From the NCBI GenBank assembly GCA_951406725.2, contig OX597814.1, positions 193,936,001 through 194,000,000 on the forward strand: 64,000 nt of DNA, read 5' to 3'. Made by a program: the position numbers and the translations under genes. Shown piece after piece: positions 23,426 to 37,609 of this stretch. Under the pieces are notes generated by a model that was not told the origin of the DNA, did not search any database, and saw nothing but the letters and a program-made list of their open reading frames with translations. This DNA is from Octopus vulgaris (taxonomy: Eukaryota). The first letter of the stretch is position 1, and the number at the start of each line of letters is the position of its first letter.

Positions 23426-26400
23426 CTATGTTTGACTTTTGCTTTATGTCTGTACAAGTTGGCTCCAAGTCTCACCCAGAGACCTCAAGAGACAACAGGT
23501 TGGAAGTTCTGTGCCATATATTTGGGGGTTTTTTTGGGGTTTTTTTGGTGTTGTACTAGTGAATGTCTAATACATGAAAATAAAAAATAAAAAATTTAAA
23601 AAAAAATAAATAAATAAATAAACAAAAAAGTTTGTTTTAAACCTTGGGATTACATAGAGAGTATTTTGCGTAGGATATGAGCAGTTCCCATGAGCACTAT
23701 CTTTTGAATTTCTGCCATTTTGGGGTTTCCTGGTATCTGAGTTAGGTAGCAATCAGTCCCTTTCGCTATCATTCCCAGAGCACCTATGACAACAGGTATT
23801 GTTTTAGTCTTCAGCTTCCACATTTTGCTGATTTCTATTTCAAGATCTTTATATTTGCTCAGTTTTTGGTAGGTCTTGACAGATACGTTTATATCGATTG
23901 GGACAGTCATATCAATGAGGAGGCATGTTCTTTGTCTGAAGTCTTTCAATATAATGTCTGGCCTATTTGCATCTATCTTCCTGTCAGTTTGAATGGTGAA
24001 GTTCTAGAGGAGTGAGATGTGGTCATTTTCAAGCACAGGAGGTGGATTGTGTTCCCACCAGTTTTTTTTTTCATGGGGCAAATCCAGGTTTTTGCAAATT
24101 ACCCAGTGAATATATTGTGCAGCTCTATCATGCCTACTGAGGTACTCTGTAGGCGCTAGAAGACTGCATTTGGAGACAACATGGTCAATGGTTTCATTTT
24201 GTTGTCGGCATACACGACATGTTGGACTACTGCCGTTCTTTAATTTGTTGGCCTGGTAGTTTCTTGTTGGTAGGCATTGATCTTGAGCTGCTATGATAAA
24301 CCCCTCTGTTTCAGATTTTAAGCCAGAGGCCATTAGCCATTGATGGGTCAGGGCTTTGTCGATATCTGCATTATTTGCTCTCTTTGGGCATTTGCCATAG
24401 AGAGGTTTTTCTTGCCATTTATTATTCAGAATATCTAAGGCCGCAGTTTTGGCACGGGTTTTCATGCGCCTAGCTTTTTCTGTGCTTGTTTCTTGTATAT
24501 CTATCTCTAATTCCGAAATTGGTTGTATTCGGAATTCACTTAGATATTCCTTTGCCTGTTTTGTGACTGAGTATGATGCTTTCTTGTTTTCATGTTTTGA
24601 GACAAGTTTTAACATCCAGTCCTCAGAGTTTTTCAGGTAGGTGTCTAGGCCAATTGTAGCAATCTTCATTGTTATTGCCAGTTGCAAAAGACCACGGCCT
24701 CCCTCTTTTCTTGGCAGATAGAGTCGTTCTGTATCTGCCTTAGGGTGGTGCATTCTATGCATTGTCAACAGTTTCCTTATTTTTCTGTCGAGCTGACATA
24801 TTTCAGTAATTGACCAGTTAACAATATTGAAACTGTAAGTCACGACTGGTATGGCTAAAGCATTGATCGCTTCGATCCTGTTTCTTGCATTCAGCTCTGT
24901 CTTGAGTATTGCTCTCACTCTTCGATAGCATTCTCTCCTGATCCTTTCCTTCATCTCTGAATGCCTTATTCCGTTCCCTTCAATTACCCCTAGGTACTTG
25001 TAGCTCTCCGCTGGGTCTAGTTCTTTTATGACATTCTGTTGGTCAAGGTTAACGTTAGATGTTTCTGTCATTTTTCCTTTGATAAAGGTAGCCTTTGCAC
25101 ATTTATCGAGGCCGAATTGCATTCTGATGTCGTCACTGAATTGTTTGACTATCGCTAGTAAGCCCTTGAGTTGTTGATCATTTTTTGCAAAAAGCTTTAA
25201 ATCATCCATGTAAACGAGATGATTTATATTTTTATCAAACATTTTATACCCGTACTGCGCGTCATTGAGCAGCTTTGAGAGAGGTATTAAGGATAAACAA
25301 AAGAGGAGTGGTGACAGTGAGTCACCCTGGAAAATGCCACACGAAATTTTTACATCGCCAGCATTTAGGGATTCATTGTCACTGTTCAGAGTTAGTGTGG
25401 TTCTCCATGATCTCATACTTACAGTCAAGAAGTTTCGCAGAGTAGGTGCTATCTTATACATTTCCAGGCATTTCCTAATCCAGCTATGTGGTAGGCTATC
25501 AAAAGCCTTTTTATAGTCTATCCAGGCTATTGATAAGTTTTTGTGTCGTTTGTGACAATCTTCTAAGATCATCTTATTGATGAGTAGTTGGTCTTTACAG
25601 CCGTAGGATCCACGTTTACATCCTTTCTGTTCATTAGGGAATATGCTGCTGTCTGTTAAAAAACTATAGGTATATTCCGTCAGGACAGATGTTAGTGTTT
25701 TGTACATAGTTGTTAAGCAGGTTATGGGTCTATAGTTTTTTGGTTCATTTGTTTCTTCACTTTTTGGAAGCAGGAATGTTAACCCATTAACTAGCCAAGG
25801 AGGCATCCTACTAGGGTGTTGCAAAACATCATTGTACAGTTCTGTTAGCAGTTCATGGCTCTCTGGGAAGGCATTCAGCCAGAAGTTAGGAATTTTATCC
25901 TTTCCTGGAGATTTCCATTTGCTTGACCTCCTGAGAGCAGATCTTATATCTTCTACCTTGACACCCTCCCACTTTTGCTCTTCTAAGGGGTCCAGTTCTG
26001 TAGATATTCTGTCAATCCAGGGGGCCTTTTCGTTGTGTGTTTTTTCTTCTGCCCAGATTTTATTCCAAAATCCCTGTACTTCTTCTTTTGATGGTACAGA
26101 CCTTGCAGTAAACGCTGTTTTTCCTATCTTCCTGTAAAAATTCTTGGTGTTATTTTTGAACATGTTGTTGTCCTTGAAAAATCTAACACGCTTTTCATAC
26201 CTCGCTATGCGGGCAGCTTTGGCAGATACTTTTTGTTTGATGGTTTCTATGGTGGCATCAATATCAAGTATAGTTTTCATATTGTATTTTTTCGGTAATT
26301 TTTGGGTTTTTGTAGGTTTGGTAGCCTTGTGAGCCTTAAGGTTTTTCAAATATTCAATGTCAGATCTAAATATTTTAATTTGTTGTTGCAGACGCTCTTG

Positions 26401-26923
26401 CCAAGAAGGCTTTTTGTGGGAATGTTGCCGTTTTCTAATCTTTACACCACATATGATCGTTGAGATTTTCGCGGATGCATAGTATAGGTGGTTGAGGTTT
26501 GTGATATCAACATCATTAGTTGAAATTATATCCTTAACTGCAAGCCGGATTTTACCAATTATTTTCATGTTTTGGTTAGAGTTGCGGATTTTAGGAAGTG
26601 TATCACGTTCATCCATGCTGGTTTCTTTAATTTTCAGCCATTCAATCATGATTTGATTTTTTAGCTCATGTAGTTCTGTTGGGTCAATATTTGTGTGACT
26701 TTCTTTATCTATTTGATGCTCATTTGTCTTAGTGTCTATGATTGGTTCAGGGAGTATTTCACTTTGCCTATCACTTATACTAACTCTTTCAATCCTCTCT
26801 TCGTTTATCAGCCCTGGGCTGGTCTATAATTATTTCCTCTGTATTATCTTCTCTAGCTGCAGCTTCGTTCATTTTATTCGATATTGCTTGTCTAACCTGA
26901 TCAATCTCTACTTCAGTCAGTAA

Positions 26924-26935
<12 letters not shown>
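23426..26935 (-). mobile_element. R4/Dong-like non-LTR retrotransposon (RT + CCHC + restriction-like endonuclease), 5'-truncated, inserted in (TAA)n
   Basis: Long ORF with RT and RLE motifs, ~225-bp 3'UTR, (TTA)n immediately at both ends. Confidence 0.92.
23650..26649 (-). pseudogene. RT-RLE ORF with a single premature stop
   Basis: NYRPITCL, WIDYKKAFDS, GIFQGDSLSPLLF, YMDDLKLF, CRVCx7HxxxxC knuckle, RHD. TAG at 24006-24004 (probable TGG>TAG) is followed in the same frame by NRPDII..LIDMTVP..KLSKYKDL..PVVIGALG. A frameshift near 26820 affects the truncated N-terminal part. Confidence 0.9.
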
Positions 26936-26976
<41 letters not shown>

Positions 26977-26977
<1 letters not shown>

Positions 26978-27520
26978 GAGTGAGAGTGCAGTGCATGCCA
27001 TCACAGTAACTCTGGGGTTTAAAATACGAAGCCCAGTGTATTCATCATCACTACCCATCTGATAAAGGTACGCCAGACGCATGCACCACAACCATATGTG
27101 CGCGACATAGTGATCTCATATCAAGATAGCGCATGACCTTGCAGGTGGGGTCCATTTTCTTCAGGTCGAGTAGCCCATTCCACTCAAAAGATCCCTGAAT
27201 AAGGGTTGTTTAAGGATGTTGAACAAAGCACCTATGTTTCCAAAGGTGAACGATCCAAACCCCAAAGAATTCCTCTCAACACATGGCTATGACGCTCCCC
27301 AACTACTTCTGCTCGTGATCAGTGATGCACATATCGTCAGCCACTAAGGGACATGCTCAACTGGTTAAGGTCGAACAACTGACAAGCAAATCTGTGGTAT
27401 TGAGCAGAATATTCGCTGTAGCTCATCTTTTATACCAAGACAAAACAATGTACATGATAACACTTCCAATCACTTAAGGTCGGAAGCTATGAGAGTCAGT
27501 GCATGGTACTGCATCAGGGC
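26977..27520. mobile_element. ~545-bp non-coding interspersed element bounded by (TTA)n
   Basis: Complex sequence starting right after a TTA run (gagtgagagtgcagtgcatgcc) and ending gcatcagggc|attattatc; resembles a dispersed octopus repeat from memory. Confidence 0.5.
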
Positions 27521-27549
27521 ATTATTATCATTATTAATTTTTATAATGA

Positions 27550-29140
27550 AAGCCTCTAGGATAGTTCTTAATTGCCGGTTATTCTTTACTTGAAAGCAGG
27601 CAACAACAAATCACCAAAGGTTTCAAGTAGTGCCTTCTCTTGTGACTCAAAGAGATAATACTTTCTTTAGAATGCGAGCTGTACTCAACAATGCCGTCTT
27701 CTGGGTCACCCCAAGCCTGACATTAGCTCCAATATTCTTAATATGTTTTTCAAAGTTCTTGGAAAAAACTCTTAATGCTCCAATTACCACCGGTATCACC
27801 ATTACTTTCCTCATGCCCCATAACTTTCCTATCTCGTCCCGCAGTGGCTGGTAGTTCTCACTCTTTTCTGTTTCCTTACATTTCACCCTCGAATCGTCTG
27901 GTATTGCAACATCTATTATATTTACTTCTTTTTCATCCTTATGGATGAGCACGATATCTGGTCGTCTCACCTCTATGGACTGGTCGCACTGCATGTTAAA
28001 ATCCGGCAGTATTTTGTAATGTTCGTTTTCCATTACTCCATCTGGCTGGTGTTCATACCATTGTTCGGCTCTCTCGTGGTTTGCTTTACCGCACAACAGA
28101 CAGTGGACGTATCTGGCCACATTGTCGTGTCTCCTTTTATATTCGCGTTCTGCGAGCTTACAGTACACACTAACAATATTGCCTATACTTTCTCCCTTCT
28201 CAGAGCACATCCTACACTGTGGCGCCTCAGTGCTTTTATCAATGTGATATTTGGAGTAGTTTGTTCTTGAGCGCTGCACACTAATGCCTCAGGGAGCCCT
28301 TTTAAGTCTCCTTTCTGCAGCCATTGCCAGGTTCTATTCCAATCAATCTCCTCTTTATTCTTCAAGAGCTGACTGTGATTTTTCTTGTCCTGCTTTCTCT
28401 GGTCTTTCTTAAATTGTATTGGATCTATGGCTTTGTTCACTTTTAAGGTTCCCTGTATTTTCACTGCTTCAACCATTTCTTCTTTACTCCCCTTGACATA
28501 CTAAGCCAGGCTATTCTCCCCTTCCCTTACACAACCTTCACAACACACCAATCCCTGTCCTCCTTCTTTCCTCATTACATACAATCTTGACGCATCACTC
28601 TTGGGGTGTAGTTCCTTGTTCATTGTCATTAATTTACGTGTTCTCCAATCCATCTTTTATAATTCATGCTTCTCCCAAGATATTATTCCTGCCCCATATC
28701 TCATCAAAGCAACAGCCCACGTGTTAATTGCTCTAATCTTACAGCGGCCATTGGAGCACAAGCCGGGTTCTCCTCAAATACTCTTTCCTGTACATTTCTT
28801 TCATCTTGTGTTCATTCATCTTATCTCTTTCAATGATACCCAGGTACTTATATCCTTCCTCTCCGACTTCCCTTATTGTTTCAGCACTTTCCAGCTTGAT
28901 CCCTTGGCTTTCTCTGATTTTCCCCCTTTTGAGAATCATTAGACCATATTTCTTGATCCCAAATTCCATGCCAATATTTTTGCTAATCATCTGCACAGTT
29001 ACGGTCAAACTCTCAATCTCTTTCTCAGTCTTAGCGAATAGCTTTAGGTCATCCATAAACCACATGTTGTTTACTTTCACCGTGCCTAGCATGTACCCCA
29101 CACGCATCTTTCTTAAAATGCCCGGTAGGTTGATGAACAA
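27550..29140 (-). mobile_element. Second, older R4/Dong-like RLE retrotransposon (degenerate)
   Basis: Frameshifted pieces FMDDLKLFAK..MEFGIKK..YKYLGI; WQWLQKGDLK..EALVCSAQEQ; CRMC..E..RRHD..RRPDIV..IIDVAIP..IPVVIGAL. Confidence 0.88.
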
Positions 29141-29699
29141 CGTTTGTTGACGCAATATGTACTGTTTTGTGTTTTGTTTTCTAGTTCATTTTCGTTTGTT
29201 GTGAAGAGTTTGCTGGCTCAGACAGGACCGATATAAAGTCATGATAGAGCTAATGTATTGCTTCTCCGCCATGTTTACTGTTGTCTTTCTATTATTGTGG
29301 TTAGCTGTGTCTGGTGAATCCAGCTGGACTGACGTAATTCATGGTAAATTTAATGTATTTGTTTGCACGCCAGTTTTGTTTCTTTCTGTTGACCAAATAT
29401 GGGACCAGTGAAGAAGCCAGGCGTAACTCTGTATGTATCTCGCTTTTTTCGTTTCTCCTGGTAGTATTGAGTGCATTTTCCCTCCATATCCTAAATATCA
29501 CTTCAACAAGAGTCTGCCACAATGAAGTGAATTTAACGATGTCTTCTCCTTTTGAAGGGTTCATGTTTTGCTTCTCTCAAATCTCCGTTGTCATTTCGTT
29601 TTCGTTAGTATGTCTTCTATATGTATTGTTAGTGTTGCGAAAGAGTTATATGTCCAAATATTGTTGTCTTCTGGGCGTGTGATATTTCTACGTTGCCGT

Positions 29700-30330
29700 G
29701 TGTGATTGTTGATTTTATTCGGTGTTCTCTAGTACTATTGTTCAGAAAAGAGATGATGAATTCAGTAGGTGTATTGGGACCAGGTTTCTATGTGATTAAG
29801 GAAAAGTTGGAGTAATTGTGCTGCTGTATTTGATGAATGGTGACAAAATAGGAGCATGATGTTGTCTTTTGTGAAAGAGTAGGTGCTTGAAGGTCGTGTA
29901 CGTAAACATTGAAAACTAGTTGAGGAGACCGATCGCCATGGTACTCCATTCAGGAAATGGAAACTTTTCAATGCATTGTTCTTGTACACTACATAGATCT
30001 CACGTCCTGGGAGTTTGTTGGTAAATTTTCTTAAGATGGTGTGGAATATTTTGTGCGTAAAAGAGGAACAGAAATGAATTCGAAAACTGCTGATGTGACT
30101 AGTCATTCGAATGTACGTGAACGTTATGTATTCTCTATATTAGGTTTGTGAGTACTGTAGTGGTTGAACGTATAGGTTTGAATCGGTATTGTGATTTGGA
30201 GAGTTATGTGGGTTAGGGATGTCAAGGATTAACATTTCAAGAATGTTTTAGGATGAACACAGGAAGGGGACAAATCTGAGCGTTGTTACGCTACTTGGGT
30301 TTTCGTTGAACTATAAAACTGTTACAGTTT
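29700..30330 (-). pseudogene. Highly degraded LINE reverse-transcriptase remnant (AP-endonuclease type clade)
   Basis: FLNGVP followed after a frameshift by SPQLVFNVYVHDL, then LQLFLNHIETWS, resembling GVPQGSVLSPxLFNxYxxD...LQxxLxxxxxW. Probably extends further on both sides. Confidence 0.5.
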
Positions 30331-31059
30331 AGCCCAGCTTCAAGGTTCTGGAAATTTTATTGTGTTAGATTATTTATAGATATTGGTAAGTGCGGTTCTA
30401 ATCTTTCAGGTTCTAGGAGTTTTAGGTTTGATTGTGATTTTTTTTCTGGTCCTTAGGCTTTTGAGATTTTAGATTTCCTTATTGCTTTTTAGGTGTCCGA
30501 CGAATGGAAACGGTCGAAAACGTGCTCTAGGTGGAAGGTGCGTATTTTTCGTTTTGCGTTATTTTTTTATGTGGATTTTGGCGGCTGATTTCGGAGAATC
30601 GTCCCGTCAGGCTCTTTGCTTCGCGTTGCATGTGGATATACTATTTGAGCTTATCATTGTCACATGGGTGTTGTTGTTGGTGATGTTGCTACTAATTACT
30701 CAATATAGTACTTCACTGTTGTCTTTTCGGGAGGTGGTTGTCGTTCATGTTAAAAGCAGTTTCTCAGCTTTCTATTGTTCTACGGTTTATTTTCCATGTT
30801 ATTTCTTTGTTTAATGGTTTGATGCCGAGTTTTATTTGTGTAGAGTGAGAAGGGGTTCGCATATTGTACTGTCCCTGGTTTTTATTAGGTTGCTCATTTC
30901 TGTTATGTAAATGGTTTTGTATTTTTATGTTGCCTTATGGGATACGTTTTTTTGAGTGAATTTTACAATTATTTCGTTGAATGCATGTACTGCAAGATAA
31001 TGTTGGTATTTGTGGAGCTTTTATTGTGTCTCATTATACAATTCATTAATTTTTTTTAA

Positions 31060-31433
31060 CTAGCAGTATAGCCCAGCGTTGCTCGGGTTTGTTTTCTTTT
31101 CGACCCTTTAGAATTAAAATTTTTGAAAAGTAAAAAATTCGCATTATGTAGCTTGTTTTCTCTTTAAGTGAACATTTTTCTGGTTGAAATACACCGAAAA
31201 ATGGCGACACAGCAGTCAAAAATTCGTAAAAAAAGCACCTTTTTGATGTAAATAATTTTTGGTGTTAACATGGTCCGATTTGAATTTTTTCTTCTACGGA
31301 GGGAAGAGCAAGCCTTCTTCTATCATACTCTCAATTGTGGTCGACTTGCGCCGCAGGGTCTCGGAGGAGATAGTGTTAGTTGAAGGCTGCCAAACCTGCC
31401 ACACACAGACAACTTCAGCTTTATATATATAGA
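31060..31433 (-). mobile_element. Non-autonomous Helitron
   Basis: On the minus strand it starts a|TCTATATATATAAAG and ends CTAG|t, with a subterminal GC hairpin cccgagcaacgctggg ~12 nt before the end; inserted between A and T. Confidence 0.8.
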
Positions 31434-31872
31434 TTACTTTTGCTTCCTTGATGTGTGAATGTGTTAGTGTGGCTTGTTTAAGATACAAAGGGAGGGTAGT
31501 CGTGATGGTGTTATTTTAACTCTTGTGTTATCTGTACAATTTGAAAACCAGGATGCGATGAGTTCACTGAATTCTCTCCCAATATTAATGGTGTGAAGAG
31601 CGTGAACTAGTCAGTGGCGGTGTTTGTGTATTTGCGCGCCTGTGTGTGTGTGTTCATGCATCTAGGTGTATGTGTTATACCAGTACTGTTCTTATTTAGA
31701 ATGCTTGCATTTTGAATGTATTGTCGCTTTCTATCAGTTTTCAAACGTCTTTTGTAGTATCTATATACTGAATGCAAGATATTTCGTGTGCTATGAGGTC
31801 TCCTCTGTTGTAACAGAGTATGTCTGACTTCATCTGAGTGTAATTGAGAATATTGAGTGTCCTGTGTTCTCG

Positions 31873-32322
31873 TTACTCTTTTACTTGTTTCAGTCATTTG
31901 ACTGCGGCCATGCTGGAGCACCGCCTTTAGTCGAGCAAATCGACCGCAGGACTTATTCTTTGGAAGCCTAGTACTTATTCTATCGGTGTCTTTTGCCGAA
32001 CCGCTAAGTTACGGGGACGTAAACACATTTGTTGTCAAACGATGCTGGGGGGGACAAACACATAAACATATACACAGACATACAGACATACATGCATACA
32101 TACATACATACATACATACATACATACATACATACATACATACATACATACATACATAGGACGGGCTTCTTTCAGTTTCCGTCTACCAAATCCACTCACA
32201 AGGATTTGGTCGGCCCGAGGCTATAGAAGAAGACACTTGCCCAAGGTGCCACGCAGTGGGAATGAACCCAGAACCATGTGGTTGGTAAGCAAGCTACTAA
32301 CCACACAGCCACTCCTGCGCCT
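31873..32322 (-). mobile_element. SINE family A
   Basis: Full-length reverse copy. Confidence 0.9.
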
Positions 32323-32565
32323 GCAAAATTTAATATTGCTACGTGAATACTAGTTCCATAAAAGTATTTTGTAGGTTGTTAATGTAATATTGTAATGTTT
32401 TTAATTTTTTGTATGATGTTTATGTTTTATTTCTGTGTGTGAAAGATTGTATTAAACATATTCATAGCGCCATCTTGCGGCATTGGGAAGGGAGAAGATA
32501 CTTAGCTTTTGTTGTAACTTTGTTGTTAACGTTATAATTATTGTTTCTGTAATTCCATTTATTTA

Positions 32566-33679
32566 AGAGGGGGTATCCTAAAGAAACTGGAATTTTGCAA
32601 TATTATTTTAAACACATAGTTTTGTATGCTTTATCGCCTTCAAAGTATTCTCCATTTGAAGCAATGCATCGGTCCAGACGCGTTTTCCACTGTTCGAAGC
32701 GGTGCTGAAACTCTTGCAAAATGATGTCTTTTAACGCCTCCGTCGGTTTTTTTTACTTCACCTCTTCTACATCTGCAAATTCCGAAGCACCGGCTTTCGT
32801 CACCCTCGAAAAAAGATCCGGATCAACTTCCAGCTTTTATTTCAGCTCACAACACGCATTCAGTTGTGACTGCTTTTGATCTTCCGTGCAACGCTTTTCA
32901 TTCGCAATTCCTCGCTCGAAATTCGTTGGCAGGAGATCCAGGATACACCAGTCATATCAAAAAGTTCGTCAATTGTTCGGTGATGGTCCTCTAAAATCAG
33001 TTCATGAATATTCATGATGTTTTTTTATTCGTTCGGGAGGTCGACAATCACCCTGAACGAGATTGGTCTTCAAGTGACAAGTGACCGTTCTTAAAGCGTG
33101 AAAAACCATTCGTAAACTTGCGTTTTGCTCATGGCAGCATCCTTGTAAACTGTTTGGAGCATGGCAACTGTTTCGGTCGCCGTTTTCCCCAGCAGAAAAA
33201 CAGAATTTCACGGAAGCACGCTGTTCCTTCGTTTCAGCCATCGCAAAAATCGACGAAGCGCAAAACAAAGACGTACTACGTTGCAGTATGACCGCAACGG
33301 ACAAAACTGGCTGGTCGGCAGACTGATGCCTGAGGATCGCATCAAGTTGTTTCTAGCGGCGGAAGCCTGAACTACCTATTTCTTTACTACCCACAAGGGG
33401 CTAAACACAGAGAAGACAAACAAGGACAGACAAACGGATTAAGTCGATTATATCGACCCCAGTGCGTAACTGGTACTTAATTTATCGACCCCGAAAGGAT
33501 GAAAGGCAAAGTCGACCTCGGCGGAATTTGAACTCAGAACGTAACGGCAGACGAAATACAGCTAAGCATTTCGACCGGCGTGCTAACGTTTCTGCCAGCT
33601 CGCCACCTTCGTGGAAGCCTGAACTACCACGAGCTTGTCCCACAGAGACCGTTGCCAGTTACTTTCGGTTGCCCTCTCG
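32566..33679 (-). mobile_element. Internally deleted mariner element with nested SINE
   Basis: TA-flanked imperfect TIRs; transposase remnants MAETKEQRASVKFCF..KTATETVAML..VYEWF..(HTH) and WKTRLDRCIASNGEYFEGD. Confidence 0.85.
33377..33612 (-). mobile_element. SINE family B with 16-bp TSD
   Basis: TSD ggaagcctgaactacc at 33361-33376 and 33613-33628. Confidence 0.92.
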
Positions 33680-34628
33680 TATGTGGAGATTTCGTTGATG
33701 GTGTTTGTTTGTATTTGTGCAAGTAGTTTGGAAAACACTGTATTTGATAATATGAAAGACACTCGGGCATATTAGACACATCCCAATTTCAGGAGTGCAT
33801 ATTCAGGACAAAAATATTTTGAATGCATTGAAGCATAGAGGATCCAAGGTGATTTTTTGAGACACGTTTTGGAAAAAGAAAAGTATGTCTTGTATGCCGT
33901 CAAATACGGTAACTTTTTGGGACTTACAGTTTGTTTCGTGCAAATAAATTGGTTCTGACGTATTCGGGCGGCGTCCACATTTGCATAAATATTTCACTGT
34001 ATCTAACCTAAATGGCTCAATCGACAAGCCAGGCGTGACTATCTCGTTTTATTTTCTCACATTATTATATACAGGATTACTCCTCTACTTTTGGGGATAT
34101 AGTATCAGATTTAAAGGAAATTTAACGGCAGTTTTGGCCGAACGAGGGACTGCCTGGTGTTCATCTGCTCGTTTGTCTGTTGGTCATTAATGGTCAGTTA
34201 CCTGGCAAGAGATTGATGACCGATGCTTCTGTCTGTGACGTTTTTCTTTTTTTTCATGCTGATAGCGCCTGTACGAGAACACGAAATAGCGTTCTTTTGA
34301 GTGGATGGCCTGGTAACTTTATCGACACGGCCAGCTGCGACGTTTTGAAAAATTTTAACATTCCGATGGTGTATGTGAAATCGTTGATGATGCTTATTAT
34401 CTTTGTAGTTATTGTTATTGTTATTGTCGTTGCCGTCGTGCATGAAATATGTGTGAATGAAGCAGAAAGAGAGGACAAATATGTGGTATTTTATTTCTAT
34501 GTGAAAAAAAAGAAGTCCCGAAGAAGAAATGAAAAAAACAGATAAGAAGAATATGGGATTGAGATTCCATATCACAGTACATATGTTAGGATCTTCGGTG
34601 AAAGTGAAGCGCGCGGGCGTATGCGTTC

Positions 34629-34668
<40 letters not shown>

Positions 34669-34779
34669 CTGTGTGTGTATGTGTGTGTGTGTACGCGCGG
34701 GTGTGTGCGATTGATTAAGATAAAGAGATATAGAGCAGGGTGAAAAAAGTATGGGAACGTGTTAGGAGGAGACAAAATC

Positions 34780-35212
<433 letters not shown>

Positions 35213-35768
35213 GTGTGAGAGAAAGAAGGGAAAGGGCAGGGGGACTATGGACAAACAAACAAAAAAGGCGTGTGATGGAATAGAATAACAGAGTCACGAC
35301 GGAAGGGAAATATGGAGTGGGCGAGAGAGGCCGAATAGAGAGAAATATATAGAATAAGAGAGAGAGAGAGAGAGAGAGAGAGTAAATAATAGAAATAGAG
35401 TAGGAGAAACATGAAATGAAGAAAAGAGCTTATAATGAGAAAAAGTGGGGGAAGAGCGGGAAAGAAAAGGAGATTTGGAAAATGTGAGGTGGGGAGGCCA
35501 AGGAGGGAGAGACTTTGAGGACAATGTGCCTCTGTTAATCGTGTCACAATAAGTGAGAGTTAAATATATGAGACATCACGACTTTAAGCTAAAAGGACTT
35601 TATGTAAAAAGGAACAAAATTCCTTTTTTTTTTTCTTTTTTTTTCATTTTTTTTTTTCATATCAATATATCTGTATTCTGTACACCCGGGGTCACCTTCA
35701 CTACCGCCATTACCATCACCGCCATTTTTTTTTTTTCCTTGTCTGTCTTTCCATTTTTTTTCTTGCTT

Positions 35769-35800
<32 letters not shown>

Positions 35801-35979
35801 GGGGTTTTTTTTTTACACTCTCAGCATGTCAGTGTTATTAAGAAGTCTACAATTCCAAACCTGGTAGGAAACAAAAACATCTCTTGTGGTATTCTTTGAA
35901 GAATTTGTTACATTGTGAACACAGTTTTGTTTGTATGTTTGTATGTTGAACATTAGTGTAGGCTTAAAGCTATCTCTAC

Positions 35980-36364
35980 GTGTATGTATGTATGTATGTA
36001 TGTATGTATGTATGTATGTATGTATGTATGTATGTATGTATGCATGCATATATGTATGTATCTATATATGTACGTAAGTATATAATGTATGAATGTATAT
36101 ATGTGCAGACGTATGTATGTAATGTGTGCGTGTCTGTATATACGTACGTATGTATATAATGTATATATGCATGCATGTATGTATGTACATATGTATGTAA
36201 TGTATGTATGTATGTATGTATGTAAGTACATATGTAATGCATGTATGAATGTACATATGTATGTAATGTATGTATGTATGTAAGTACATATGTAATGTAT
36301 GTATGTATTTATGTATATGCATATGTATGTAATGTGTATATGTTTGTATGTACATATGTATGTA

Positions 36365-36427
<63 letters not shown>

Positions 36428-36510
36428 AGTATGTATATATGTGTGTGCATATGTACGTAATGTATGCACGTACATATGTATGTAATGTAATGAATGTATA
36501 TATGCATGCC
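35980..36510. repeat. (TATG)n-derived compound repeat
   Basis: Direct inspection. Confidence 0.9.
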
Positions 36511-37129
36511 TGTAGAGAAGCATGCCATTGCTTGTGTGAATCTCTATACTTTGAAATATACTCGTATATGCGTGCGCACACAAAAGTTTGCATGTCAGTC
36601 CGTTTGTATATGTTGTATACATACATATTACATACTCCAGGCTGAACATCGGAATGTTTCGCATATTTCTTTCGCTTCCATTAATAGCTTCTGATTGTGA
36701 TTTTCTAATTAACTGTATCTTCTGAGTTTCGTAAAACCCCTGCTTTTCAAGACTGGGGCTTGGGGGCAGTTACTTACATACCCAAGTTACATAACCAATA
36801 ATCACAGGTGTAGCAAACAGGGGGACATTTTTGCTATTTCATAGCATTAACAAATAAAATGCACATTGTTTTTAAATGTCATTTAAAAAATCACCCCGAA
36901 TCCCATATGCGAAGTTATGCCTCCCATAAGCTTTCATGCACTAAAAGCATTTTTTTTTCGACTCCTGCGTATGTAATAGAGAAATTGTGGGGAGGAGCAT
37001 CTCATATGAACTTTGGTATTTTATGTCATCAAATTTCGTTAGATATTGTTTAGCTTAAAATTCCGAGAAAAATGTACTTTATAATTTCGATTTTTTTGTA
37101 ATTCTACAGCTAATAAAAGAAATAAATAT

Positions 37130-37520
37130 AGGCGTAGGATTGGCTGTGTTGTGGTAAGTAGCTTGCTTACCAACTACATGGTTCTGGGTTTGGTCCCACT
37201 GCGTGGAACCTTGGGCAAGTGTCTTCTACTATAGCCTCTGGCCGACCAAGGCCTTGTGAGTGGATTTGACAGACGGAAACTGAAAGAAGCCTGTCGTATA
37301 TATGTATATATATGTGTGTGTTTGTGTGTCTGTGCCCCACCCAACCTCGCTTGACAACTGATGGTGGTGTGTTTACTTAGCGGTTCGACAAAAGACACCG
37401 ATAGAATAAGTACTAGGCTTACAAAGAATAAGTCCTGAGGTCGATTTGCTCGACTAAAGGCGGTGCTCCAGCATGGCCACAGTTAAATGACTGAAACAAG
37501 TAAAAGAAACGAAAAAAAGA
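37130..37520 (+). mobile_element. SINE family A
   Basis: Consensus match. Confidence 0.88.
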
Positions 37521-37609
37521 ATAAAATGGACCAGTTACGCACTGGGGTCGATCTAATCGACTGGCCCCCTCCCTGTGCCTAGAGTTGAAGAGAATATACC
37601 AAACTTTAA

